64,000 bases of DNA from contig NC_043001.1 in NCBI RefSeq assembly GCF_006345805.1, positions 65,534,001 to 65,598,000 of the forward strand. The letters are read 5' to 3'. This document shows positions 25,531 through 38,399 of this stretch, piece by piece (position 1 is the stretch's first letter; each line of letters begins with the position of its first letter). Origin of the DNA: Octopus sinensis. Its lineage: Eukaryota. A program made the translations under genes and the position numbers. The notes beneath the pieces were generated by a model that saw only the letters and a list, made by a program, of their open reading frames with translations, was not told the origin of the DNA and did no database searches.

Positions 25531-26375
25531 TGTGTGCGTGTGCGTGCGTGTGTGCGCACATTTTTATGTGAATGTATTTGATACCTGTGAAGAGATGTGT
25601 AGTTTATATTTCGTCTCAGGTTTTATCTCACCTAAAATTACTAATTTTCCTTGGCCAGATTGGAGCAATCTCAAGATTAATCAGCCGAAATTGCGAGGAT
25701 GATCTGGTTCTTGACTGAAGATAAAAGGCTTCGAATGGCCCGTCCCTGCTTTTTTGTATCGTCTATCTGGATGTTTTGTTGTCCCTTTTTGTATCACCTA
25801 GTTGTCCGGATGTTTTTCGTTCTTTTTTATTTTATTTTATATTGTATTTTATTTTATATATATATATATACATACTTAATATACACATGAAGAACAAATT
25901 TAAGAATGAAATTAAATTTAAAATAAAGCATTTTATTCTTCATCCTGTTTAGCCCTTTGTTCTTTAATATCTGACCATGAAGATAATATTTCAATTTATA
26001 GTCTACCTAACACCTGTTTAACCCTTCTTTTTGGCTATTTCTTTATTTCTGTATTTTCTATTTTTATTATAATTGTATTTTGTCTGTCACTATGGGTTTA
26101 GTTTTGTCTGTAAACTGCTGAAAATGACACATCACTTTGGGTATGCATTCTTACACTGTGTAAAATGACGGTAGGACCTAATGAAGGGCATTCAAACAAT
26201 CACCCGATGAAGTGCATTAAGAAACACTGCTCTGAAGGAGAGTTGAGTTCAATTAGCTATCATGAGATCAATGAAACATCGTTTGAATACAGGTGTAAAT
26301 ATGTGTCGAAACATTTGTAGTGAATTTTTAATAATGTTGTTCATTCCATTTCCTATCATTTACCTATGTGTGTGC

Positions 26376-26407
<32 letters not shown>

Positions 26408-26408
26408 G

Positions 26409-26441
<33 letters not shown>

Positions 26442-26495
26442 CGTGTCTGTGTGTTTGTATGTACGTATGTATCTGTCTGTCTGTCCGTCTCTGTA

Positions 26496-26551
<56 letters not shown>

Positions 26552-26552
26552 T

Positions 26553-26609
<57 letters not shown>

Positions 26610-26942
26610 AATATAGGGATGGTATTATTAAAATACCATCACAAGTGGTAAGCGAATTATCAGCAGTACAGGCAAATTAATAAAATATATACATACAATA
26701 TTAGATATGTACATATATACACAAGGGTACTACATGAGTACCTATATCGCTAATGATAGAAGTCAAAAATACTTCTGTACCACTGAAGTATATATATATA
26801 TATGTATGTATATATATATATATGTATATATCTATATCTATATATATTATATATATTATATATATATATATATATATAATATATATATATATAATATATA
26901 TATGTATGTATTATATATGTAATATCTATATCTATATCTATC

Positions 26943-26978
<36 letters not shown>

Positions 26979-28066
26979 TATCTATTATAATTTCTTTGGA
27001 TAAAGAAAACTTTATTAAAAACTACACACTTTAAATGTACTTTGGACGTTTAGTCCTTGACCAATCGGGATTAAACAGACATGTGATCAAAACCGTTCCG
27101 GCCGTGACCATCACGAAATTTCTCTTAAACTTAGTATATCTGCCGGGGATTACATTATCCAATGTGCCTTTATTTAAATCATTAGTGTTTGAACGGAAAA
27201 TGATATGGCTGCTATTTCTAGCTGATCTATTTATCGTATGGAGCTGCAGTCGTCGAGTATCACTGAACGGCGGTGATGGTAAAGTAGCAGGAAAGGCGTC
27301 GTCCTACTGTTTGGCTCCTGAAATGTCTTTGTTGAAATTGCGCTACTGTCCACTTCACATCCTCATATACGGGGACAATAGTGAGTGAAATAAAGGTTTA
27401 CCTTAACCCCAGCACCCCAGTTATTTTCGTTGGGGCAACGAATCACGTGGGAGGACAAGGGAATGTAGGAACTTGTAACAATTGCATTTTAGGGAAGCCA
27501 TGAAGGCCACTACATCCACTACTCAACGTTTCTTAAAAATCTTACACCTATTAATATTTTTACGTGAACAAACAAAAAGAAGTAGCAGCTAAATCTCCCC
27601 CAAATCTCTTTCTACTAACTAGAAAATGTATCTCGTTAAATATTGTATTCCGGTATACATAATTCCTTAATAATATTATAATACATAGCTTAGTCACGGA
27701 TAGAATGTCTTTAGATATGTTTGTGTAATGAAGGTTGAAATGTGGTTAAACAACGACAATGGCACCAACTGCAACAACATAAGTTTCAAACCAGCTAACA
27801 CCAAAAAGCAGTTTCCGTCAACACTTTATTTCATCTTTGCTATATTTTACTAACACCTTATATCCCTCGTACCTTCTTACATTTACACTACCTTATTTCG
27901 TTTGTGCCTTATTTAATCTATATTCTATATTCTATTTCATCTATTTCCTACTTCATTTATGCATTCCTTCATCTATAATTTATAACTTATTCATTCTACT
28001 TCATGATTACCTTATTCAAACTTGTGCCTTCCACCATCTATACACTTTCTTCATATTCGTCTAATA

Positions 28067-28326
28067 CAGTGGTTCTCAAATCTTGGGATTCTATTTGACC
28101 CCTGTGGGTCCATGTAAGAGTTTGTTGTTGACTAATTCTAACTTTACGTTTGTTCACATAAATGTGCAATAAATTGGTTATATTTCTATCATACATAAGA
28201 TATTTTAACAATTTTTTTTAATATAATTCCTAATAATATTTAATTAAAAAAAATATTACAGGGTCCACATGAGTAAAATAGGAATCAAAGTGTTCCATAG
28301 GTAAAAAAAATGGTTGAGAAACACTG
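28067..28326. mobile_element. hAT (Charlie-like) MITE
   Basis: CAGTGGTTCTCAA ... TTGAGAAACACTG terminal inverted repeats (12/13). An 8-bp TSD is not preserved. Confidence 0.6.
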
Positions 28327-28427
28327 CTCTGAAGGAGAGTTGAGTTCAAATTAGCTATCCTGGGATCAATAAAACATCGTTTGAATACATTATCGAACCC
28401 ACAATATATGTGATCTCGTTAGGATGC

Positions 28428-28812
28428 GGGGCGAAATGCTTAGCGGTATTTCGTCTGCCGTTACATTCTGAGTTCAAATTCCGCCGAGGTCGACTTTGCC
28501 CTTCATCCTTTCGGGGTCGATTAAATAAGTACCAATTACGCACTGGTGTCGATATAATCGACTTAATCCGTTTGTCTGTCCTTGTTTGTCCTCTCTGTGT
28601 TTAGCCCTTTGTGGGTAATAAAGAAATAGGTATTTCGTCTGCCGTTACGTTCTGAGTTCAAATTCTGCCGAGGTCGACTTTGCCTTTCATCCTTTTGAGG
28701 GTCGATTAAATAAGTACCAGTTACGCACTGGGTTGATGTAATCGACTTAATCCGTTTGTTTGTCTTTGTTTCTCCCCTCTATGTTTAGCCCCCTGTTGGC
28801 AATAAAGAAATA
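28428..28812 (+). mobile_element. Two tandem partial SINEs, family B
   Basis: GGTATTTCGTCTGCCGTTAC.TTCTGAGTTCAAATT..GCCGAGGTCGACTTTGCC occurs twice. Related copies at 16781, 28850 (-), 45028 and 58490. Confidence 0.85.
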
Positions 28813-29476
28813 AATATAAGTGATCTCATAATAACAATTTCTACATGAAACACAAGGCTAGTAAATTTGAGAGTAAAGACAGTAAATTATATCGACCCCA
28901 GTACTTTAATAGTATTTCGATTTTTTCAAAACGCGAAGAAAGACATGACACGTGAAGTTGACTTCGGCAGAATTTGAACTCTGAACGTACATAGCTGGAG
29001 GAAAACCGGAAACTGTTGTAATTTGTCCGATGCTCTAACTATTCTGTTTTAATTATCATAGAAAACCATAATATAAGTTGTAGATGGAATAGGAAGAGAT
29101 GATATGGTATGACGTTAAGTTCAAATTCAGAGTAATTCTTTTCCAAACAGGCAAGACCTCTCCGCACGTCCCTCATGTGTAAAATGTATGAAAGCTACAA
29201 CTGCACGCTTTAACATTTCGTCTCTTATACTGTCGGGTGTCTGCAAATCAGCTATTATTTCAGGAAAAGTGAGACCAAAGACGAGATCACAAGGCTTAAT
29301 AATTTTAAATATACGATTTCTATTCTAGTAATATTCTGATAAAAGCACTTCGTTAAATAAGCGTGAATATGTATTTATCAATATACATACATATGTGTTT
29401 CAATGTATATGTGTGTATAGATATATATATATATATATATATAATATATATATATATACACATATACATATATATA

Positions 29477-29860
29477 TTCTTTTACTCTTTTATTCTTTTA
29501 TCTGTTTCAGTCATTTGACTGCGGCCAACCAGGAGCACCGCGTTTTAGTCGAGCAAATCGATCCCAGGAATTATTCATTGTCAGCCTAGTACTTATTCTA
29601 TCAGTCTTTTTTTGCCGAACCGCTAAGTAACGGGGACGTAAACGCACCAGCATCGGTTGTCAAGTGAAGGTGGGGATCAATCACAGACGCACAAATATAT
29701 ACTCACAGACACACACACACATATTTCAGTTTCTGTCTACCAAATTCACTCTCAAGGCTATAGTAGAAGACACTTGACCAAGGTGCCACGAAGTGGGACT
29801 GAACCCGGAACCATGTGGTTGGTAAGCAAGCTACTTACCACACAGTCACTCCTCCTCCTA
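29477..29860 (-). mobile_element. SINE family A, reverse orientation
   Basis: Reverse complement of the family A head and tail. Confidence 0.85.
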
Positions 29861-30180
29861 TATACATACATACATACATACATACACACATACATACATA
29901 TATATATATAACATACATACATACATGCATATATATATATATACACATACATACAAACATATATACATATATATATATATATATCCTATCTGATGAGTAG
30001 TCTATATTGCCAAATTGCAAAAGTTGACGCGAAACCGATGATAATCTTCTGACTGTTTATACACTATAACCAATAACATACTTCTCGATAATATTAAAGC
30101 ATATATTTATATATGTGTGTGTGTGTTATGCATACACACACGCACACATGTATACATAAATATATGTTTATATTTGTATT

Positions 30181-30214
<34 letters not shown>

Positions 30215-30363
30215 GTGAAATAGAAAGATGAATAATTCACCAATAATATATATATATATATAATATATATATATATAATATATATATATATATATAGTTC
30301 GTGAATACTACCTGCAATTTTTTTTTCCTCTGTCCTCCAGTCTCGGGATCTTCTTTCTCCTAT

Positions 30364-30398
30364 GTTTCCGACGAAGAGCTCCGCTCGAAACGTCAAAC
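30364..30398 (+). ncRNA. Minimal hammerhead with core U4-to-C change
   Basis: GTTT-CCGACGA-A-GAGCtccGCTC-GAAAC-GTC-AAAC. Confidence 0.6.
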
Positions 30399-30490
30399 CC
30401 TCCTTCTTCCCTTCTTTCCTGAGCGTCCAATAATACTTTATTTGTTCCACATCCTTGCGTTGTTGTCTTTTTGTTTTCTTGTTTGGATTA

Positions 30491-30541
<51 letters not shown>

Positions 30542-30921
30542 ACATATATACATATATAGTTATATACATGTGAATATAATGAACACACACACACGCACTC
30601 ACCCACACAAATCTTAATAAATGCATAAAATGCATAAAAGCCAAGGAAGTATCCAAGAAACAGCAACCAAATATTTCTGAACTCACAATCTACAAACTTA
30701 AACAGAACATGGTTCTAGACGTACCCCTAAATTGACAGGGTAGTCACGGACAGATCATCAGTTCGTGCGGTTAGGATTGACAAAAAAGCAACAAATCTTT
30801 GATTTTAAAATTCACACACATTTACTTACATAGTGCAATTTTTGCATTATCTAAGTAAATAATTTAAAAATAAAAAAGAATAACTGTAAGCTATATTATA
30901 TATATATATATATATAGATAT

Positions 30922-30954
<33 letters not shown>

Positions 30955-30979
30955 ATATTATTAATTATATATTTTAGGA

Positions 30980-31029
30980 AGCTCCTGATGATTTCTTTTG
31001 AATGAAACAGTTCTAGTCCTGTAGAAGCT
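30980..31029 (+). ncRNA. Type I hammerhead with complete helix III
   Basis: AGCTC-CTGATGA-tTTCttttGAAt-GAAACAG-ttctagtc-CTGTA-GA(A)GCT: helix III ACAG/CTGT, GTA triplet, helix I with a bulged A. Confidence 0.65.
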
Positions 31030-31115
31030 CCTTCTATAAAATAAATTAATTTACTCTGCTATGTATTGAGTACCTTATTTACTGTGGTTAACCTCGACTC
31101 AACCCGGGACCTACA

Positions 31116-31159
<44 letters not shown>

Positions 31160-31791
31160 TTATATATATATATATATGTTATTATTCGTTTCAGCCATGC
31201 GGCTAGGGTCATGCTGCAGCACCATATGTGTGTGTGCATTTAAATTAATGTTTTTGAGAATAATATATATTTAAATGAATATTTAGAATAATAATTAGAT
31301 ATTTAAAAAATAATAGTTTGATCAATCTATATTTTAAATCAATATATATTTGAATGAATATGTATTGATATATATATTGAAAATAATATATAAATAAACA
31401 TATGTATTTAAATTATTATGTATTTAAATTGATATGTACATTTAAATTCTATATTTGTATTAATGTATATTTTTATAAATATTTTAAAATCTAACCTACA
31501 GTTTTTTTCGATATATTTATGAAGTTTAAGAACTTAGTTACCAGCAAATGTTAGTATTTAAACAAAATGTTGTTGATATTATAATTAACATTGTAATTAA
31601 CCACCTTTACCTCCCCTCTGTTTCCAAGTTAAGTTGTCTTAAAGCTATAATACATCGACTTTTCAATGCACCCACAATCTTATCAAGTGCGAGTGTGTGT
31701 GTATGGCGTGCGTGAAACTGTGAGACCATATAAGTAGTAGTAGTACTCGTAGTAGTAGTAGTAGTAGTAGTAGTAATGGAGCGTGACATAC

Positions 31792-31936
31792 CTGCAGTGA
31801 CTTTTGGAAGAAAAATTCCGAGTAGAGAAAAAAGGAGCACATGGACGATTGGCCCCAATTGGAGTTTGAGGGGGCTGCGGTGACACCAGTAAAGTCCTTT
31901 CCTGTGTAAACGGTACAAGTTTCCATCCATCTTCAT
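31792..31936 (-). CDS. Candidate host-gene exon encoding a signal-peptide-like N-terminus (secreted or membrane protein)
   Basis: MKMDGNLYRLHRKGLYWCHRSPLKLQLGPIVHVLLFSLLGIFLPKVTA ends at a strong phase-1 donor CTGCAG|GTATGT (intron starts 31791); non-repetitive sequence. The acceptor is weak and no downstream exon was identified. Confidence 0.4.
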
Positions 31937-32407
31937 CCTGTCATTTAACCTGTCCCCTAATATATGTGTGTGTATGTTAATATTATATATAAATTTGTGC
32001 GCGTGTGCGCGCGCGCGTAGGAACGTATGTCTTTGTGTAAGCTAAAAGCAGGTAAAAGTGTAGAAATAAATAAGAGTAAAATAGCACATTTTTGTCTTTA
32101 TGATGAGTATGTATATATGTAAGTATGTATTTGTATGTATATATGTGTGTGTAGGATTTAGTTGTGTATGGAGAATTTAGTAATATACGCTGTAGAGTCT
32201 TCGCTACAAAAACTTGAACTAAGTTTTAAAAGCTCTAAACTTCACTTGTTCAACGTTTTGTATTTGTTTGGCGAGCAAGTGAGGTTTTACCTGGTGTATT
32301 TCGTCTGTGCCATCTTTCTAAGGTAATTCCCTGACGGAGCTGCATAGCGGCTAACATTACAACACTGGAGCCAGCATGCGACACACGACCAATCTACTTG
32401 CCTCTCT

Positions 32408-32454
<47 letters not shown>

Positions 32455-33350
32455 GACTACATTTTCAGGAGGTATTTGCATATATCTACATATGCATGCG
32501 CATACGCATATATTATCACATGTATGTAGTTTATAACTTTATATATGTTTTGTGTGTGTATATATATATGTAAGCAGATAGTATATTTGTATGTTTATTC
32601 GTATATCAAAAGGCAATTAACTACACGAAAATCAATAAATGAACGAAAGTCGTCAATGAAGAGAGAGTTCAGTAGTATGGTAGTTTCTAAGTGGAGCTAT
32701 AGTGAAAGAAAACAATCCATCTGTACAAGAAATATCTCATTATGCATGTGTTGTCAGTTGTTATGGCTGTGTTTACGTTTAAGAGCGAAATGTAACAACT
32801 CAGAACGTGATCACAATAGCAGCAGTAGCAGCAGTAATGGTGGTAGTGACAGTAGTAATAGCAGTGGCAGCAGCAGCAGTAGCAACAGCATTAATAGTAG
32901 TAGTAGTGGTGGTGGTGGTATGCAGTGCTGGTGGTGGTGGTGGTGGTGGCGGCAGATGTTCCACTTTTTTTTTAATGCTTTAAGGGAAATGCATCCGTGT
33001 CAAGATTACGTCGGAAACTTACTTCAACAGAGAAAGTTTTGCTAACTCATCTCAGTACATACATACATATATATATATACACATGATATATATGTATATA
33101 ATATATATATACAAATTTATATACATACATATACAGACATAAGCGCGCGCGCACACACATGGTCGCAAACGTACACGTACACGCACACCCATACACACAC
33201 GTCGTTTATTAGTGAGGGCAGCAACAGGATTTAGTGACAGCAAGCAGCAGTGACTTTAAAATATCGCCAGAAGTGATACTACATAGTTGGGACGACTAAA
33301 ATACCAAACATAACTACATACGACAAACTGCCGAAGGTGTGTTTATAAGA

Positions 33351-33381
<31 letters not shown>

Positions 33382-33570
33382 CGTGCGTGTGTGTGCATGT
33401 GCGTGTGTGTGTGTGTGTGAGAAGGAAAGAGAGAGAGAGAGCAAGAGAGAAATGGAGAGGAAAGGTGAAATTAGGGTAAAGGTACAGGTACATCCAAGAT
33501 ATATAAAGGGCCAACAAAGAATTAATAATGACGACATATCGGAGCGCAAACAAGAACACATTTGTATGTA

Positions 33571-33674
<104 letters not shown>

Positions 33675-33703
33675 GATCTATACATACATACATGCATAAT
33701 TAC

Positions 33704-33738
<35 letters not shown>

Positions 33739-33739
<1 letters not shown>

Positions 33740-34905
33740 TAGCAGTATCGCCCGGCGTTGCTCGGGTTTGTAAGGGAAATAACTATATAAGCATTTTTAG
33801 AGAGTTATAGCCAAAAAATAGCAAAAAATGCATTAAAAATTGAAAAAAAATTAAGGTAATTTTTTTTTTAAATCGTTGACACATCGTAGATATTTTTAGA
33901 GAGTTACTTCCTTATATAAAAGCGAAAAAATGCATTAAAATGGAAAAATATGATGGTAAATTTTTTAAAATCGTAGACTCATCGTAGACGCGCGCTAATA
34001 CCCAGAAGGGCTCGATATGAATCACGACTATAAGATACCCGCTTTTGGTTAAACTGCACCGCAAAATGTGGGAGTAGTTACGAATCTAAATCGTAGGAGA
34101 CAGACACACAACTTCACTCTTATATAAAGATGCTTTTTTTTTTCAGTCATAGAGTTAGATTTATGAAGGTCTTCAGTAGAAAATCCTTCGAATTCTGACT
34201 CGCTGCTTGATAATAAAATTCGTATCCATTTTTTGTCAGAATTACAAATTTTGAAAACACAATAGGAACAAATTTCGGAAAAAAATCTCCCATAATTCAC
34301 GGAATTAAAATTACACTTCGATTTTTGTACAAAACTGTATTTGAAGTGTTTACGAAGTATAATACGTATTTTCACGAATGTACTAAAGAGATTTACTCTG
34401 ATATTCTCATTTAAATATTAATAGGTAAATTCAGGCGGTTTGGTAACGAAAGGGTTTATATAAGTGTCGTCTGTTTATACATAAACACTGTTTCATACTT
34501 TCAGTTTAGTCTTCCTCAAATCACTCTGTCGCTATTTACTCTCTTCCAAGAACATTTTCACTCACTCTTATCTGTTAGCTTGCCATACATTTTACTCATG
34601 TATCTATCAGCGTGATAGACAGAAACAAATATTACATCTAGTTTCACTTTATTCGTTGCACACTGTGTGTGTGCGTTTGCGTGTGCTGTAAACCAGACTA
34701 AGAAAAGCATTTGACATACACACCAGAATGTGAGTTTTCTGTAAATTTTGCTTAATTGGAGTTTGAATTTTAAAAACTGGACCTGGCAAAACCCGATGCA
34801 TTCTACTCTTAAAAATGCTAGGTAAATTGTAATTGAAGAAATCCTATATTGTAGATTTCTATAACTGACAAAGGGAGGCAGATAAAATCTGCCTTTTATA
34901 ATAAG

Positions 34906-34906
<1 letters not shown>
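33739..34906 (-). mobile_element. Composite non-autonomous Helitron (one CTAG 3' end, two 5' TC ends)
   Basis: CTAG plus hairpin at 33739; inner 5' end TCTTTATATAAG at 34130; outer 5' end TCTTATTATAAAAGGCAG at 34906, homologous to 42430-42707. Confidence 0.75.
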
Positions 34907-34940
<34 letters not shown>

Positions 34941-35008
34941 CCATATATATATATTTACCCTAAGTATTCACCCTAAATTTACTATATATATATATATATA
35001 TATATATA

Positions 35009-36238
35009 TCAGGTCCTCTCATAAGTTCTGTCCGATTTTACCATTTTTAAAATTGAATGAAATTTAATAGTATTTAAGAATGTCTAATGGAATTAAAAAT
35101 TATATTTATGCATTTGTGTACATTTAAACTAATTAAATATCATTTTACAGAATAATCGAATTAAAATTTCTTTGATTAAAACCCTTTCTAACATGGAAGT
35201 ATCCAAAGAGCATTTGAGGCACATAATGCTTTATGAGTACAAAAAAGGAAACTCTGCAGCCGAAGCGACTCGAAACATACACTCAGTTTATGGGAAAGAA
35301 TGCTTGAATGAAAGAACTTGCAGAAGATTGTTTGCAAAATTCAGAAGTGGAGATTTCAGCCTTGAAGATGAAGATCGAACAGGACGTCCAGGTGAGTTTG
35401 ATGATAAGCTCCTTGAGACATTACATGAGGAAGATCCTGCATTATCAGTTGAAGAATTGGCAATAAAGCTTAGTTCAAACCATACAACTGTTCATCATCA
35501 TCTTCAACAACGTGGAAAGGTTCCTAAACTTGAAAATGGGTCTTCTCTCCATTCTCGCGAACACATTTCATCCTTTTTGGATAGACTTGTGACTGGTTAC
35601 GAAAAATGGATCTTCTATCGAAATGTTTAACGTCGTAAACAGTGGCTTGATAAAAAGTAAGAAGCTCAACCACAACCGAGAAGGGAGCTTCATGGAAAAA
35701 AGTTCTTCTATCTATCTGGTGGGATTGCAAAGGAGTAATTCACTTTGAATTGTTACCACCTAATGCAACAATCAATGCTTAAGTCTACTGTCAGCAATTA
35801 GAACGTTTGAACCAAGCTTTGAAGAAAAAAAGACCCGCTTTAGTGAATCGAAAAGGAGTGATGTTTCATCAGGACAATGTGCGACCCCACACTGCAAAGG
35901 TCACATCACAGAAGCTCGAAGAGCTTGGTTGGGAAAACATTCCTCATCCACCTTATTCTCCGACCTTGCTCCTTCAGACTATCATTTGTTTCGTAGTTTA
36001 CAGAGTCATTTGGGGGACATAACTTTCGCAAACCAGGAGGAGGTCGAAACTGATATTTCAGAATCCTTCGCTTTGAAACCAAAAGAGTTCTACATTGACG
36101 GAAAAAAAAAGTTTGTAAATAGAGGGAATGAAGTCAATGAAATCAGTGAAAGTACATTGATGATTAAATTTCAACTAAATATAATATTTGATCACTTGTT
36201 TTCTTTATTCAAAATTCGGACAGAACTTATGGGATGAC

Positions 36239-36242
<4 letters not shown>
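35009..36242 (+). mobile_element. Second mariner element (different family), inactive
   Basis: TIRs TCAGGTC.TC.CATAAGTTCTGTCCGA (about 28 bp, few mismatches), embedded in (TA)n. Confidence 0.93.
35193..36166 (+). pseudogene. Mariner transposase, disrupted
   Basis: MEVSKEHLRHIMLYEY.., LVTGYEKWIFY (first D lost), HQDNVRPH, HPPYSP.LAPSDYHLFRSL. Confidence 0.92.
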
Positions 36243-36300
<58 letters not shown>

Positions 36301-36783
36301 ATATATATATACATACATACACATATATAAATATACTTACTTATAAAAGTTCGCTATAAGGAATCTATAAACACATATAAAACATCCAATGGCATATTTC
36401 ACCCCCACCCGCTGAAGATATATGCTCAGGTCATATAAATTTAATATTTTATTAGATTCATTGAGTATTAATTGAAACAGCTGTAAGGGACAATGTTTGA
36501 TTTGTTGTTAAGAATAAACTATTATTAAATTCCCAATTTCCATTTTCTTTTATCTTCTTTTATATGAGTATAAACTTTATGTTTTTATTTATATACCTAT
36601 TATTCTAAGGAAATTAATTCCCCCAAAATATTAAGTATTCAACCAGTATTTCCTTGGATGGAACCGTCCTGTCATGACTTTAACACAACCTCTAATTGTA
36701 TACATAAAGATGAGCGTCTTATTAATACTTTGCCACGTGTTGTTGATTTTTCTTGTCCTTTTTCTGCGTTTATTTTTAAAAAC

Positions 36784-36817
<34 letters not shown>

Positions 36818-36828
36818 GTGTGTATGTA

Positions 36829-36919
<91 letters not shown>

Positions 36920-37112
36920 GTATATGTATATATATATATATGTATATATATACATACATACACACACAGACATACTCACACACACACATATAGCTACATA
37001 CATATACATACCTAATATTCTATAATTATAAACATAATTATTATCAGGGGTCGGCTAATTGCTTCGCCACGTACCGAATTTAGAAATAGGCGTTAAATGC
37101 CCTGTGAACTTA

Positions 37113-37173
<61 letters not shown>

Positions 37174-37253
37174 ATTTCACAGACAGTAACACACTTTTTA
37201 CGTAGGCAAAATGAAAAAAAGAAAAAAGAACGAATCCACACGACGCAGATTAG

Positions 37254-37319
37254 CTACATACGCGTTTCGAGATTAAAGTAAAGTTATATTTACTTACTTA
37301 TTTCTCATCTTCAGCGCAG
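37254..37319 (-). ncRNA. Type I hammerhead in a pLTR-like unit (about 37020-37577)
   Basis: Minus strand CTGCG-CTGAAGA-T-GAGA..TCTC-GAAACGCGTA-TGTAG: canonical Penelope-type GAAACGCGTH. Confidence 0.75.
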
Positions 37320-37501
37320 TGTTTCAAAATTTGTGAGTGTTAGGATTAAATATGTACGCGATCAAGCGCCATCACATAACCGATATTCAACCACATTTCC
37401 AAAAATATACAACCGAACGTGAACACATATTTATCCTCAATACCCACGTGTGTATTATGAGTAATCCTGCAGAAACTGCAGTTTTCGATCAGGGAGTAAA
37501 T

Positions 37502-37577
37502 TATAATTTCAATAATAATAAAAGGGTAAAATTAATTAATTAATTAATTTTACCCTTTTATTATTATTGAAATTATA
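37502..37577. repeat. Perfect 76-bp palindrome
   Basis: TATAATTTCAATAATAATAAAAGGGTAAAA-TTAATTAATTAATTAA-TTTTACCCTTTTATTATTATTGAAATTATA. Confidence 0.92.
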
Positions 37578-37645
37578 CATACATATGCATACATACATAC
37601 ATACATATATGCATACATACATACATACATACATACATACATACA

Positions 37646-37678
<33 letters not shown>

Positions 37679-38065
37679 GTATACATGCATTAATACACAC
37701 GAGCATATGTATATCTTCTCTGCATTTTCATTTACATACTGTTTTAAAAGTTCAAACTTAAATGTTTGACATCAAAATATCTGAAATAAAACATTTTGAA
37801 TGCAATAAAAATGCATATATACGTTTATACATGTATATGGTGATATTCCATCCATCCATCCATCCATCCAGCCATCCATCCATCCATCCATTCACCCATC
37901 CATCCATACATACATACATAGATACACACACACATACATATAAACAGGGTTCAGTATGTGTGTGTGCATGCATGTGAATGTGTGTGTCTGTATATGAATA
38001 CACACATTATTATGTGTTTGTAAGTGTGTGTTTGAATATGTGAATGTATGTATATGAAAACTTAA

Positions 38066-38131
<66 letters not shown>

Positions 38132-38268
38132 ATATATATACCTTTTACTTGTTTCAGTCTTTGGATTGTGGTAATGCTGAGGCACCACTTTAAAGGTTTT
38201 TAGTCGAACAAGTCGTCTCCCGTACTTTTTTAATATCATATATATATATATATATATCATATATATCA

Positions 38269-38312
<44 letters not shown>

Positions 38313-38399
38313 TATAATATATATATCATATATATATCATATATATATCATATATATATATATGATATAAACACAAGTTGCTGTTCTACAAACATGCCA

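Noticed and set aside
29985-30045. CTGATGA...GAAAC spaced like a hammerhead
   Set aside because: No NUH triplet with a pairing helix I arm follows.
32545-33045. 166-aa ORF with S/G/W runs
   Set aside because: Built from AGT/AGC/GGT trinucleotide repeats, with no domain or splice support.
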